Positions 30,888 through 32,000 of a DNA stretch of 32,000 bases are shown in pieces; position 1 is the first letter of the stretch, and every line of letters starts with the position of its first letter. The stretch comes from Mycobacterium tuberculosis H37Rv. Lineage in GTDB: Bacteria; Actinomycetota; Actinomycetes; Mycobacteriales; Mycobacteriaceae. The position numbers were made by a program, and so were the translations under genes. The stretch lies in assembly GCF_000195955.2 (NCBI RefSeq), contig NC_000962.3:780001-812000 (forward strand), read 5' to 3'. Below the pieces are notes generated by a model. It made no database searches. It was not told the DNA's origin and saw nothing but the letters and a program-made list of their open reading frames with translations.

Positions 30888-31372
30888 GGCGGGCGTCAGA
30901 TGGCTTCTGTCGACGCGTCCGGAGGGTTTCCGCTGGATTTCATAAACAGGCGCTAGCGCGGTGTCCAACGATACGATTGGGGCCCATGCGGCCCGACGAG
31001 ATCGGCTCGCTGCGGGCCGGCCTGGCGGCTGTTGCGCGGTGAACTCAAAACGCGTTGACGCCGGATCAGCTATCCGATGATTCAGGCGGAGATCTCGACG
31101 ATCGTGGGCGCTACCGCCAATCCGGTATCCGGGTAGATCATGATCGACATGGGTTGATCTGCCCTGGTGGGGCGGACTCACATTAGCGAAATTTTGCGCT
31201 GAGTAGGTCGTCCCCTAAACTTCAGGGGTTGCCGTGAGCAGACCTCGGCCGGCGCGCATAAGCTTTGCTTGGTCGGCCCCGCGTGCCCGTCGGCGACAAA
31301 GACCGCGCACGTCAGGGATGGTCCTGGCTGGCTCCTCCTACCGTGCACACGTCAACCAGGTCAGGAGATCTA

Positions 31373-31741
31373 GTGATTCAGCAGGAATCGCGGCTGAAGG
31401 TCGCCGACAACACCGGCGCCAAGGAGATCTTGTGCATCCGGGTGCTGGGCGGTTCGTCGCGACGCTACGCCGGCATCGGTGACGTCATCGTCGCCACCGT
31501 GAAGGACGCCATTCCGGGCGGCAACGTTAAGCGGGGGGATGTCGTCAAGGCCGTCGTGGTGCGCACAGTCAAGGAACGCCGACGTCCCGACGGCAGCTAC
31601 ATCAAGTTCGACGAGAACGCCGCGGTGATCATCAAGCCCGACAACGACCCGCGCGGCACCCGCATTTTTGGACCGGTCGGTCGCGAGCTGCGGGAGAAGC
31701 GGTTTATGAAGATCATTTCGCTGGCCCCGGAGGTGTTGTAG
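31373..31741 (+). CDS. rplN: 50S ribosomal protein L14
   Basis: 122 aa from GTG 31373 after CAGGAGATC ([18 protein letters not shown]). The upstream 36 codons of the track ORF are rejected. Confidence 0.98.
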
Positions 31742-32000
31742 ATGAAGGTCCACAAAGGCGACACCGTGCTGGTGATTTCGGGCAAAGATAAAGGGGCCAA
31801 GGGCAAAGTCTTGCAGGCGTATCCGGACCGCAACCGGGTATTGGTCGAGGGTGTCAACCGGATCAAGAAGCACACCGCGATCTCGACCACCCAGCGGGGC
31901 GCGCGTTCGGGTGGGATCGTCACCCAGGAAGCGCCGATCCATGTCTCCAACGTGATGGTGGTTGACTCCGACGGCAAGCCCACCCGAATCGGCTATCGGG
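31742..32000 (+). CDS. rplX: 50S ribosomal protein L24 (5' part, truncated by the window end)
   Basis: ATG 31742 follows directly after the rplN TAG. My own translation is [44 protein letters not shown]..., a canonical L24 KOW motif. It is absent from the ORF track because no stop lies inside the window. Confidence 0.95.
   Translation, partial: MKVHKGDTVLVISGKDKGAKGKVLQAYPDRNRVLVEGVNRIKKHTAISTTQRGARSGGIVTQEAPIHVSNVMVVDSDGKPTRIGYR

Noticed and set aside
29994-31181. 395-codon minus-strand ORF antisense to the Rv0713-like membrane protein gene
   Set aside because: It has low-complexity Arg/His/Gly-rich composition and no motifs. The plus-strand ORF has coherent TM-helix architecture and a start fixed by an upstream stop.

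Overview
High-GC actinobacterial chromosome. From gene order and protein sequences (memory only, no search run) I recognise the Mycobacterium tuberculosis complex region equivalent to H37Rv Rv0679c'-Rv0715'. It spans the str operon (rpsL-rpsG-fusA1-tuf), an accessory block, the S10 operon (rpsJ..rpsQ) and the start of the spc operon (rplN, rplX').

The ~14 kb accessory block between tuf and rpsJ encodes:
- a SHOCT-domain membrane protein;
- a mycofactocin-coupled SDR plus a ferredoxin reductase;
- a decayed VOC-like gene;
- a DUF2332-like gene translationally coupled to the TetR regulator mftR;
- the complete mycofactocin RiPP redox-cofactor cluster mftA-B-C-D-E-F-G (the 29-codon precursor mftA is hidden inside a 62-codon ORF of the supplied track);
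- ~1.7 kb of gene debris that includes a MerR-family pseudogene.

The S10 and spc operons, contiguous in most bacteria, are split by a 5.2 kb insert. It encodes a Cys-type arylsulfatase (atsA), its formylglycine-generating enzyme and a polytopic membrane protein.

Three operon junctions carry MIRU-family minisatellite units: fusA1-tuf, mftE-mftF, and rplW-rplB (the MIRU-VNTR locus 802 / MIRU40). Two unusually long perfect hairpins close the str and S10 operons. I saw no rRNA, tRNA, CRISPR array or IS element.

The most remarkable system here, mycofactocin, is already described in the literature. The points I consider genuinely open are:
- the DUF2332-like gene coupled to mftR;
- the MIRU sitting inside the mft operon;
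- the triplicated fusA1 3'-end module, present in all three reading frames;
- the decayed island between mftG and rpsJ.
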